A stretch of 64,000 nt of DNA. Origin: Octopus bimaculoides (lineage: Eukaryota). The notes beneath the pieces were generated by a model that had not been told where the DNA came from, searched no databases, and saw only the letters and a list, made by a program, of their open reading frames with translations. This document shows positions 52,608 to 64,000 of the stretch, in pieces. The stretch lies in the NCBI RefSeq assembly GCF_001194135.2, contig NC_068994.1, forward strand, positions 58,111,210-58,175,209, read 5' to 3'. Made by a program: the position numbers and the translations under genes. The stretch's first letter is position 1. Each line of letters opens with the position of its first letter.

Positions 52608-53269
52608 CATCATCATCACCCAGGAAGACATGGGATGAGGTGGTGAAGCATGACCTTTGAGCGTTGGGCCTCACAGAGGGAATGACGAAAGACCGGGACC
52701 TCTGGAGACATGCTGTGACTGCAAAGATTCAGCAAATAAAGTGAGTTCATGGCTGTATCCCACATCAGTTTCGCGTAACCAGCCCAACCCCATTCAAAAG
52801 TACCTTGGATCGTAGGGTGACCTGCTGTGCTTGAGGAGACCTATTGAGTTAGGTACATCAACATCAAAATGAAAATCAAATGGAAATTGTAGTTGTCATT
52901 CCCTTGCCAGTAGCATATAAAAAGCACCATCTGAATGTGGCCGATATCAGCACCACCTCGACTGGTTCCTATGCCAGTGGCATGTAAAAAGCACCAACCG
53001 ATCGTGGCCATTGCTGGTGGCATGTAAAAAGCACCCACTACACTCACGGAGTGGTTGGTGTTAGGAAGGGCATCCAGCTGTAGAAACCTTGCCAGATCAG
53101 ACTGGAGCCTGGGGCAGCCTCCTGGCTTCCCAGACCCCAGTCGAACCATCCAACCCATGCCAGCATGGAAAACGGATGTTAAATGATGATATATATATAT
53201 GAAACTTTGAATTTAGTACTACCTTTGTGGACTACCAGGGGTCCATGGGTCCCAGGTTGGGAACCACTA
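52467..53269. mobile_element. hAT MITE (same family as 11606-11775) split by an RTE fragment
   Basis: Ends CAGAGGTTACCAACC / GGTTGGGAACCACTA; perfect 8-bp TSD gcttagtg (52459-52466, 53270-53277). Confidence 0.85.
52619..53190 (+). mobile_element. 5'-truncated RTE-clade LINE (ORF C-terminus, 3' UTR and (GAT)n tail)
   Basis: PRKTWDEVVKHDL*ALGLTEGMTKDRDLWRHAVTAK matches the RTE C-terminal GRPRKTW...DR..WR motif; its 3' UTR is the family C sequence. Confidence 0.85.
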
Positions 53270-53973
53270 GCTTAGTGGTTAGAATGCTAGACTCATGATT
53301 GTGAGATTGAGTTCAATTCCTTGACCAGGCAACATGTGTCTGAGCAAAAACTTCATTTCATGTTGCTCCAGTCCACTCAGCTGGCAGAAATGAGTGACCC
53401 TGCAATGGACCTGCGTTCTGTCCGCATGGGTGGGGAGAGAATATATGCGCCATGGCAACTGGGGAAACTGGCTCTGTGAATCTGTACGACTTGGGAAGGA
53501 TCTTTATGGCCAGTTTAAATGCCAAAGAGTTAAGGGCGTATTTCTACAACTGACCACTAAAACAGAAGTGACCAACAATCATGAATGCAACAACAGTATC
53601 CCACAGTTCCGCAGCACAACTGTCAACCAACCATGCATCATCAGAACCCATAGTTCCACTGCCTTTACCAACCACACAGCGTATCCCACAATGCCTCCAT
53701 CAACCACACAACAGAAGCCACAGCAGTCACAACTTCCCACTGTCCCACAACATTCCACCAAGACAAGTGTTCCAATTATATTTGCTCCCAGTTGCTAATT
53801 TTCGGTTACTTATTACACTTAACGAGGTATTTTAATGATGGCTGTTAACAGGGTGTGTACAACTATGCATGTGTATGATTGTGTGTGTGGGTGTGTGTGT
53901 GAAGACAAGTATATGGGTTGAAGAGTGGGTTTGGTTCTTATGAGCCTGAGAATGTATGATGGTGATAATGTAA

Positions 53974-54018
<45 letters not shown>

Positions 54019-54343
54019 NNNNNNNNNNNNNNNNNNNNNNNNNNNNNNNNNNNNNNNNNNNNNNNNNNNNNNNNNNNNNNNNNNNNNNNNNNNNNNNNNN
54101 NNNNNNNNNNNNNNNNNNNNNNNNNNNNNNNNNNNNNNNNNNNNNNNNNNNNNNNNNNNNNNNNNNNNNNNNNNNNNNNNNNNNNNNNNNGAGAAAGAGA
54201 AAGAGAGAGAGAGAAAGAGAAAGAGAGAGAGAGCAAAGCAGTACAGAAATGTGTACAAAGGCATGCATATTTGCAAGACGAATAATTGTGTCTAAAGATG
54301 TGTGTGTGCATTAAAGATACATGTATGTATGAGTATGTGTGTG

Positions 54344-54384
<41 letters not shown>

Positions 54385-55525
54385 TAAGACTTCATTTAGA
54401 GAATTAACATTGCTTATATATATATATACATACATATATATATTTGTCGATGCATGCCATCATCTGATGGCTTACCACCTCCATGTTCATGTATAACATT
54501 ACTATGCAATTACCCTGCCCCCCTCCATCTCTCATACACACGTGTGCGCGCATGCCATAGTCTGTACCACCTCGGGTACCCCTTCAACCACCACCAGCCA
54601 TTAGGCCACCGTCACTATCTACATCATTTCTACTATTACCCCATCATTTCTACCAACACCATTCGCCAACCACCGTCACACATTACAAACACTATGCTGC
54701 CTCTACCACCACCACCACAATCTCTACTAGCACCACATTATCTCTGCTACCGTTATCTCCAATACCATCTGCACCATCTCCACCATCACCACCAACACCC
54801 ACTGTTCCCACCATCTCTTGCAATATCTTCAACCACCACCACCACCACCACCACAATCACACCATCTGTGGCACCCCTTCATCTACCAAAACACCACCAG
54901 TAGTAGTTGTAGTAGTAGCAGCAGTGATACAGGAGGAATGTGAAATGATGTAAGAAGTGGTGCCATGCTGCCAATGTTGGCAACAGACCAGACAAGTGAT
55001 TACATCAACCATTAATGGTTAAACATTGCAGCATCCGTAGACGACGACGACGATGATGATGATGATGGTAGTGGTGATGACGATGATGCCAGGAGGGTGG
55101 AGCGAGGCATTTAGTGTCAGTTTTAACTTTCGTTTTTCCATATTGGTAGAAGTTGGAAGGTTATAAATACACACGCACAGAAGTACATACACACACACAC
55201 ATATCCAGTTGCTAGATGTATATTTTCTATCCGTTTCCAATACACACACAAACATATACAGAATTAAGAGTACAAAATAGCCTTTTCCCCCCATCAGCAT
55301 ATTCAATATCATAAACACGCATTGCATTTATAAAATACACATATACATGCAAAACATATATACGCATTATATATACGTGCGCGCAAGCAAGCAAATATAT
55401 ACATACATATCTATATTGTAGATGTGTTCGCATGCATTATTCATGTATACAGAATTATATACGCGTGTATATGGCGCGCGCGTGTGTGTATGCGTACAAT
55501 GACAAGCGTAATTCATTTATAGTAG

Positions 55526-55588
<63 letters not shown>

Positions 55589-55931
55589 AAATATTCGAGA
55601 TTCAGATGGATTACGTACTTAGGTTGAAGCACCAAAAATTAGTTCGACATTAACCGTACAACTTCAAAATTAGGTGAATTATATATCCGAATGTATACAG
55701 TATTATATATGCGTGTATATAGATAGCACGCGCGTGTGCGTACAATGACAAGCGTAATTCATTCATAGTTGTGAATATATATATATATATGCATGTGTAT
55801 GTGTGTCTGTGGTGCTCCAGTGCGGGCGTAGCAATAATGAATTAAACAAAGAAACGAACCCACACACACACACGTGCATACACGCACATGCACACAGAAT
55901 GTAAGGCGGTCCGAAAGAAATGGCAACTTAC

Positions 55932-56087
55932 GACATGTATGAGGTGTCCCAGGGTGGAGTAGATGGTGATGCAACCATCATTACGAAAAGGTGAAGGGGG
56001 TGCTTGTAGAATTGGCCAGAGGTGCAAGGAAAGATCAGGCCGGATTGATTCCATTGCACAGAAGCTGCTTCTTTCTCCAATATTCAT
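55932..56087 (-). CDS. Candidate first (possibly coding) exon of a minus-strand transcript
   Basis: Perfect |gtaagt donor at 55931-55926 within a CpG-rich region. Reads MNIGERSSFCAMESIRP...HLIHV (phase 0), or MMVASPSTPPWDTSYM from 55981 (phase 2). Confidence 0.4.
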
Positions 56088-56099
56088 GGTTTCTGCTTC

Positions 56100-56800
56100 A
56101 CGTTGACGAATTAATAAATATCTCAGTTCGTTTTATTTATTTAAGACATATTAAATATTGTCTTATTTATTTATTCTCCATATTTTTGCGAATTTTCCTT
56201 CTCTCGTCATCAATCACGTAAAATTCAATAAACTCGAGATAATTTCGTAAATCAACATGTTCGTTTGATTTTTAATCGATTTATCGATTAGAATCATTTA
56301 ATTTTCGATTTGTTTTCCCGCCTTCTTTATTTTGCCCAGTGACAACGATAATAATTATCAGAAATATTAGTTTAACAGCGGCAATTACAATTAATTAACG
56401 GAGACGGTCAGTGGCCTTGTGAAATGTGGGATTGTTTCTCCCAGACTCGAATACCTGCTTCCTTAATCAGGTATTTGGTGGGTTTTAAGTAATGTCCAAT
56501 GTTTTTCGCGAAGAGTTTTCGCGTTTAGCAATTTTCGTTTCAAATTCTTCTGTTTTGCAAATTAAATAAAACTGAGTGGCCGGACGGCTGACAATTCACC
56601 GCTAAATAAATTAAATAACTCGTTCTCCAAGATATTATATATACACACATACATATATATCTATCTCCTTAGATGTCTATATACATACATTTATATATAT
56701 ATACCACTACAGCTCGACTAGCAAAGAGGACAACAGCAGCACTACTGAGCAAGGAACGGCGGTCGCAGAATGGTTTTATAATGAACAGGCAATCAGTCGA
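56100..56800. promoter_or_regulatory. CpG-retaining, repeat-free promoter-like region
   Basis: Dense CpG (e.g. TTTTCGCGAAGAGTTTTCGCG, GGCCGGACGG, ACGGCGGTCGC), no SINEs, followed by a long polypurine tract. Confidence 0.55.
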
Positions 56801-58715
56801 ACTGACAGACAATTAGAGAGAGTGAAAAGTTGGTAGACAACACTCAGAAAGAGAGGGAGGGAAGAATATTTGGGTGGAGGACGAGGAGAAGTAGGAGATA
56901 GGGTAAAAATGGAGAGGAGGGGGAAATAGGAAGAGAAAGAAATGGTGGGATGTGGGAGAGGAGGAGGAGGAGAGGAAAGAGAGAAAGGGTAAAAGAGAAA
57001 GAGGATTTGATGGATGAGTGAGAAAGTAAAGAAGAAAGACAGACAATATATTAGGAAAAGGCAGAGAGAGAGAGAGGAAGAAAGGGTAAATATAGAAGAG
57101 AGAAAAGATGAAGAACATGTAGAAAGGTATAGGGGAAAGTGAGAGAGGAGAAATGTAGAAGGTTGTTGTTGGCAGACGTTAACAAAAAAGGGAAACAGAA
57201 AGAGAAGAATGAGATGGGGGAGGAGGGGGATAAATGGGGGAAGAATGAAATAATAGTTGGGGTGGGGGTGGAAGGGGACGGACGGATACACAACTACACA
57301 GTTTCAAATTTTGACCCAAGGTCAGCAATTTTAGGTGACAGGATTAGTTGACGACAACCCTAGTACACAACTGGTACTTATTTTAAGAAGAGGGGAAATG
57401 AGTAGAGAAGATTAAGGGATGTGGGGATCAAATACAGAAATATTGTGAGAATTTAAGGATGAAATGAGAATTGAGAAAGAGGGGGGGAGGAGAGAGAGAG
57501 AGAAAAAGGAAGACGAAGAGAAGAGTTGTCAGAATGAGAGATGGACACACACACACGTACACACACGCACGCGCGAACATTTCTGTGTGAACAAGAAGGG
57601 AAAATGAAGAATATACAATACTGAAGAAGAACCAATTATTTAGTATGTTTATTGGAAGCTGAAGACTACAGTCATTTTCAATTTGATACACTGAGAACCG
57701 TCTGTTGTGTGTATGTGTGTGTGATAAGCATACAAGCACACAGTGTCTGCTTTGGCACGGTTTCTATGATACCCGTTCTAATACAGCCTGGGTGCTATGG
57801 TAGTCTATCTTTACAGCATGGATGCGTTTTGCTTCTTTTTGTGCCAGCAGCACTTATGAGGTTGCTATGCAGTTTGCAAGACCGTAAACGCATCAGGAAT
57901 GGCGGTGAGAACCGTCATGCTAGGAAAAGGCAGAGCGGATTCTTGTGGAAGAGCTACATGGCTTTACACGGTGGGAAAGAGGGAGAGGAGAGGCTGCAAA
58001 GCGATGAATATTGGTGATGAAGGGTCCAGGTGACCCCTTATGGCAAGAAGTGAGTAGAAACGAATGAGGATGGAGGAACGAAGGGAGTTGGTGGTTTGCA
58101 TGAGTATATGGTGGTGGTGGGGGAGGAGCAAGCGATGAGAGAGTGGGAGGGAGGGAGGAGAGGGAGGGGGTTCAACAATTGTAATGACTGAGTAAGGGTG
58201 GATAAGGGGTGGGGGATGACGAATGATGCAGGAGTCGGGGAAGGTAGAGGGATGCAGGAAAGAGCAGGGGGGTGTGGGAGATGGCAGTAGGGTAGTAATG
58301 ATGGTACAGTCATCAGGGGTGGGGATGGACGATGAGGGAGAAATGACATGTGGTTAGAGCAGGCCGAGGGGGTGGAGGCGTGGGGAGGGAGAAAGGCAAG
58401 CGCCATGCATGAGGGGAGGTATTTGGTAGGGTAATTCAGTGTGTGGAGGTGGAGGTGGAGTGGTGTTTTGATCGATATAAAGTGTGGGTGGAGAGAATGG
58501 ATGAAGAATGGATTACAAAGGAAATAGTTCTGGTAGGGTAGCAAGAAAAATACAACAGCATCAAGAGAGAGAGAGAGAGAGAGATGATGGGTAGATGGGT
58601 GGATGGGTGGGGGGTGATTTGCTGAGGAGATTGGGCAAAGTGCCCATTGATGTACACACATGTACAGTGCTTCCAGAACTAAGTTTGACTGAGGTGGGCA
58701 TGTCTTCTGGAGCTA

Positions 58716-59556
58716 TGAGGGTGGGCTGAAAAGTTGATAGGCCAACTAGATGCCAGGGCTGTGAAATCTTGCATTTCACCATATTGTTTCTTTCCAAGTA
58801 AACTAATATCTGATTGTTCAAAGAAGACTTCAAACGTAACTAGTAGCAACTTCACTTGAAAATGGACAAAATTTGCCGTTGTCAGCATCATCATCGTCGT
58901 CGTTTAACGTCAGCTTTCCATGCTAGCATGGGTTGGACGGTTTGACTGAGGACTGGTGAACCAGATGGCTACACCAGGCTCCAATCTGATCTGGCAGAGT
59001 TTCTACAGCTGGATGCCCTTCTTAATGCCAACCACCCCGAGAGTGTAGTGGGTACTTTTATGTGCCACCGGCACGAGGGCCAGTCAGGAGATTCTGGCAA
59101 CGACCACGCTCAAAAGGTGTTTTTTACATGCTACCTGCACGGGAGTCAGTCTGGTGGCACTAGCAATGACCACGCTCGAATGTTGGTTNNNNNNNNNNGG
59201 AGTCAGTCTGGTGGCACTAGCAATGACCACGCTCGAATGTTGTTTTTCACGTGCCACAGGCACATGTGCCAGTAAGGAGATGCTGGCAATGATCATGCTC
59301 AAATGGTGCTTTTTACGTGCCACTGGCATGGGAACCAATCCATGGCCCTGGCAACGATCATGCTCGGATGTGCTTTTAATGTTTCATTGGCATGAGTGCC
59401 AATCGTTATCAAATACCTGCAGAAAAAAGGGCTTAGCTCCCAAGGACATTCATGCTGGCATGGTTGATACATTAGGGGATGATGCACCAGCTTTATCAAC
59501 AGTGCAAAAATGGGCAGCTGAATTATGAAAGGGAATGGAGAGTCTTAAAGATGACC
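58716..59556 (+). mobile_element. Truncated mariner element interrupted by a family C insertion (58884-59385)
   Basis: TA + TIR TGAGGGTGGGCTGAAAAGTT; ATG at 58862 (MDKI..); after the insert VIKYLQ/KKGLAPKDIHAGMVDTLGDDAPALSTVQKWAAEL*, a mariner N-terminal HTH. Confidence 0.88.
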
Positions 59557-59772
59557 AAACAACACAAACTTTATCCATGGTAATTCCACCACATATTCAC
59601 TGATGATTCATGGAAATCTCCCAGTCCTCCATACCACCTAATAACAATGAGTAACACGAGTTACCGTGGTAAGATGTTAGATTATCCTTCCATGCTGAGT
59701 GGCCAATTGATAATGTAGGGCAGAGATGGGAAAATTTATGACTGGCAGCTGACTGCATGTAACCAGCAGACA

Positions 59773-59816
59773 TTCTCACGAAATTTCTCACGAAATTTCT
59801 CACGAAATTTCTCACA
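59773..59816. repeat. 12-bp tandem repeat TTCTCACGAAAT x3.7 (four CSL-type sites)
   Basis: TTCTCACG at 59773, 59785 and 59797; TTCTCACA at 59809. Confidence 0.9.
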
Positions 59817-60059
59817 TACATTTTTTTTTTGTGCACAAAGGGTTTAATAAGATTACAGTTAGAAGTGACCATTTTGAAAACAGAACTGCAAAGTGTTCAG
59901 CACATGTTTAATAATTTCAAAATATATTGATTTTAAATTTATTCTAACAATGACTGCTATGAAAATTACAAAAATTAGAAAATTGAAGGTGAATGTTGTA
60001 TATAGACAATAAGGCATTGATGAATAAATATTCATTTATAGATATTAGAAGTAAAGCAG

Positions 60060-61875
60060 TGTTCTTTAAATACCGGGATGGTGTTGATATTTTTAAGGTG
60101 TATACCATATTTTCTGGCATACAAGTCAATGTAGGATAAACATTCTAACATCTTTACAAATCCTGTGGCAATTCACAAAGAAGTTTTGGTTCTCCAAAGC
60201 CATTTTGGTGTGTAAGTCAACCTACATTATTCTGGCTTTGAATTTCGGTTGGGAAAAATTCGACTTGTAGGCAAAAACAATATACGATAATTTGAAGAGA
60301 TAATTTTAGATAAAACACAGTAACTTTGCAGGTAATTTATCAGAAAGTGAACTATGGTGAAAATGGCAGCGGCATTGAGAAATTTAAAAGAACAAACTTT
60401 CATTGTAAAACAATCATGCAAAAGGCTACCACAAAGACAAGTTTCGTGTTTGGTTATAAAATTGCCAAACAGAATTCAATTCTAGCAGAATTTTTCAGGG
60501 ACTGTATGTCTGATGCAGTTGATATTGTTTGCCTAGGATTAGAAGCAGAAACTGAAGCCATGTTTTTGTCAAGGAGGACTGCAGTTTGCCACATTGATGC
60601 TATTTTGTAGATTCTACTTGAGGTTGGCAAGTCATTGGTGTATTACTCACTGGCACTTGATGAAAGTGCTGACATTATGAGACACAGTGCAACTGCTTGT
60701 ATTTATTTGAGGAATTGACGATAATTTTGTAATGCCAAGATTTCTGTTTACTTGGATAGTCTGGTTTATCTTGGAACAAGTTGGCAAACATTACAACAGA
60801 TGGTACACCTTTGTTAAAGGAGAACCAGCAAGTCTTCTAAAGCAGTTTAATAACGAAGAGAAATATGAGCTTCCATTCCACCATAGAACATACTAAAAGT
60901 GTCTGCAAAAATCTGTTCTGGATTTTACGCATGATTGATTCTGTAGTAGTATACGTTATCAATTTAATTGAGTCGGGGTGAGTGTTTAAACTACAGAGTT
61001 TGTTGGATGATACAGAATATGTATATTTAGATGTAACTGTATCGTAGCAATGTTCGTTGGTGAAGGATGAGAAATGTTCTGAGAAAAGTGCGGAATCTGA
61101 GAGAGAAGAAACTGTGTTCTTCCTTGAAACGAAGAACGTGAGATGAGAACATTTAGACAGAATGGTTGTGTGATTCAGTGTTCACAGTTCACATTTTTGG
61201 CAAAAGATTAAATTATAAGGCATCGGCATCATTGTCTTCATTGCCGCTGCCACTGTCATCATGACGACAATGATGATGACGACGACGACGATGATGATGA
61301 TGACGACGACGACGACGACGACGACAACGACGATGATGATGATGATGATGATAACAGCGATGATGATGATACCAAAGTCCTGGAAATGTAATCATTTCAA
61401 GTGAAATTTTCCCACTTTCCCAAACAACTCTTGTGTTCCTCCTCCTCCTCCTCCTTCTTCTTCTTGTTAGAGACATATAAACTGTTACACATTCCTGTTC
61501 AGAGAAATACAACCAGCAGGTACCTGTCTTAAAAAATACATCTGCAAGGCAGCTTACTGGTAAGTTTCCTGCATTTTTTCCCTTCATATATAATACAGAA
61601 ACAGAGTCTAATGATCTCAGCATAGACAATACTCTGCAGGAACATTTTTAAGAATATGCACCCGACTGAATTCTGTATAGGAATCAATGCAGAAAAGTTT
61701 GGTAAATAGAAACAGCTTGCAAAGAAAATGTGTGTATTTTTTGCACCCAACATATATTTGTAAAGAGAAATCTAACAAATTGAAGAACAGCTTACTTCTA
61801 ACAGACTTAGACATGCATGCTGCCTTGCGTATAACTTCGGCAATGCCAAATTCTGACCAGAAAATTCTTTGAAAG
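60060..61875 (+). mobile_element. Decayed hAT transposase of the GTF2IRD2/SPIN/Charlie type
   Basis: KATTKTSFVFGYKIAK..FFRDCMSDAVDIVC..FLSRRTAVCHID; YYSLALDESAD..QLLVFI; ITTDG; NVRW; C-terminal PTYICKEK...LTDLDMHAALRI. Many stops and frameshifts; microsatellites inserted at about 61230-61470. Confidence 0.85.
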
Positions 61876-64000
61876 GATTGGGCATAGTTACATAAATCTC
61901 ATTATGTATTTGAGGATTTATTCAGTAAAATTTAAGACACAACATAACTTTCGTTTCCGTTATATTTTCTTTGTGCACCAAATAATCCAGTTACATGAAT
62001 AATAAATTATATTTTTGTGTAAGAATAAGAATTATTATTGAGTATGTTTAGTTTGTTGCCAAATGCAGTTCACTAGAAAGAAACCTTATGACATGTTCTT
62101 TTGGCCTCCACCACCACCATTTAACTCTGTTTTCCATGCTGGTATAAGCTGGATGGTTTGACAGGAGCTGGCAAACCAGAGAGCTGCACCAGGCTCCAAT
62201 TGTCTGTTTTGGCAAGGTTTCTATGGCTGGATGCCCTTCCTATAATGCCCACCACTTCCACAAAGTGGTTGTGAATCAGTTCATCTACTGACCAGTGGTT
62301 CGTGTCAGTGGTTGCAGTAAATGGTTTCTTACAGCATAATTAGTCTTCAGTGCTGCTTTCCTCTTCTTTAGACTTCGTCATTTACCAGTGCACGTTGCTC
62401 TTGTCAAATATCTTTGTTAAGAACTCATAACCTTTTATGGATGTAACATCCACAGTCTATACCACTTGCTCATCAACAATTCAATGACAGCATGTTGCTC
62501 CTGCATGCAACCCATCATTTAACTGCTCTGTGTGTGTGTGTGTGTGTGCATAAACTGATGTTTTGGTCACTACTTGAATTTCATATTCAGCAATCTTTCC
62601 TGAGACTATTATATGAAATGTCCCAAACAGCTATAATCCTCACTGGACACTTGCTAACAATTATTTTCATTGGTCAGTCTACTGGCCAGTCTATAATTTG
62701 TTGGTCCATCTCATTGTGGTGATAATTTGCACCAATATGGTAAAGTACTGTGATATCTGCAAACATGTGGAGAAGGTGTAACTGTTAGTCATCCCTACAA
62801 ACATGTAGCATAAGTATAGCTGTTAGTTGTCCCTATTAACATGTGGAGTAAGTAAAGTTATCAGTGGTCCCTATTAATATGTGACATATATATATATAAC
62901 TATTAGTGTCTCTATAACATGTGGCACAGGTATAGCTGCTAGTCCCTACAAACATGTGGAGATGGTATAACTGTTGGTCATCCCTACATGCATGCCACCA
63001 TTTTGAATAGTTCAGTAGGGATGACGAAATGAACTGTCTGAGGTAACTACAACAGCAAAACATGAAGAACTGCAACTAATGAGGAAGCCTTTAAGTGGTT
63101 GTTAGCCATGCTAGAAATAGCTGTCGTATTCCTCTTAGATCACGTGTTATTGTTTTTAAGAAGCACATGTTAAATAATGTGATCTTTACGAAAAGATGTG
63201 ATGGTCATGATTGGAATGCCATAATCATGAGTTTATTTGATGTGCGTTAACCTGTGGCTAAGCAACAAGTCCAAGAATTAACCCCACACACCACCACCAC
63301 AGTCACAACAACAACAATAATCTATCACACGCAATTATCTACAATCTAATTTACGACGCAAGGCTGAGAAATGTGTTAATGTAAGAGGGGAGATAACTCC
63401 TCGACTACTTTGTTCAGGCTTTGAACGATCAAGGCAGCAACCGAAACCAACATGGGGAGGTGGCGAGATGAAGAAGGATTATAATCTAACCGTGAAACAA
63501 TGCGGTTAAGAAGCTCACTTTGCAACCAAGTAGCTTTGGGTTCAGTCCCACTGCCTGGCATCTTGATTAAGTGTCTTCTATAATAAGCCCAAGGCCAACC
63601 AAAGTTTTGTTACTGAAACTGGAAGACGAAACTCTGGAAGCACGTTGTGTGTGTGCGTTCTACCATAACCTCAGCTCCATGTACGACCTTTGAATAAGAT
63701 TGGGTTGGCAGAAGCCTTATGGTCAGCTGATCAGCTGAACCATACCTATAATTCAACAAGCCAGTTACGTCACACGGGTTCTTTCTAGGAATTACAATAA
63801 GGGTATGTGAGTCTGTGGAATACTCAGTCACTTACTAAAATGCAATGAATCGGTAGTTCAGTTGATGAAATAACTAGAATACTCAATGTTGGAAGTTCTG
63901 TGGTCCTATTTAGATTTGTTCTAGCAGTGTGTGTGCTTGTATGCGAATCTGTGTGTGTGTGTTTGAATTGAAACAGTGTCTTGTAACCCTTAATGGGATT

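Noticed and set aside
53394-53798. 134-aa Thr/Pro/Gln-rich ORF
   Set aside because: Starts in nested TE sequence and continues in CA-rich low-complexity DNA
56776-58661. Long Leu/Phe/Pro-rich ORFs (171 and 207 aa) and G-quadruplex-like runs
   Set aside because: Translations of polypurine/polypyrimidine tracts; G-runs are expected in such DNA

Overview
Eukaryotic, AT-rich, microsatellite-saturated genomic DNA with eight N gaps. The repeat families look like those of coleoid cephalopods (octopus-like); this is inferred from recalled repeat consensus, not a database search. The only well-supported host gene is a minus-strand, multi-exon JAKMIP-family (Janus kinase and microtubule-interacting protein) coiled-coil gene. 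Seven GT-AG, all-phase-0 exons between 16814 and 3683 splice into one open frame: EKDRRIELIQHRKMKKRLRRSLEK-CANTNGDDDACSVDSEVSVSSLPMDNGTEENQLDIWDE-YAREEIERSYRQLMREHLELKKSYTLLQTQTSSALDPERELK-LCRTLESDLFEAQCKIEELKALLQTDGL-EPRLLEEKETLQSANIEMQKK-LKKMEDNEGKLQEDLSEAREQIEDLEFRILELEESQNT-SAEDGNDALEDFLKFDIT. The rest is intron or intergenic DNA packed with SINE-like families and decayed Penelope-like, RTE, mariner, hAT and MULE elements plus several MITEs. Almost all ORFs in the supplied track are microsatellite, repeat or N-gap artefacts. There is no CRISPR array, operon, rRNA or intact tRNA gene. The most interesting leads are: (1) a tRNA-headed SINE-like repeat carrying a minimal type-I hammerhead ribozyme fold (36033-36078); (2) a ~150-bp inverted repeat pair bracketing a candidate exon, plus closely spaced inverted SINE pairs (possible dsRNA/ADAR or back-splicing substrates); (3) a four-site tandem CSL/Su(H)-type array; (4) paired RFX X-boxes; (5) two CpG-retaining promoter-like islands; (6) a four-layer nested transposon. 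None of these is demonstrated to be functional from sequence alone.
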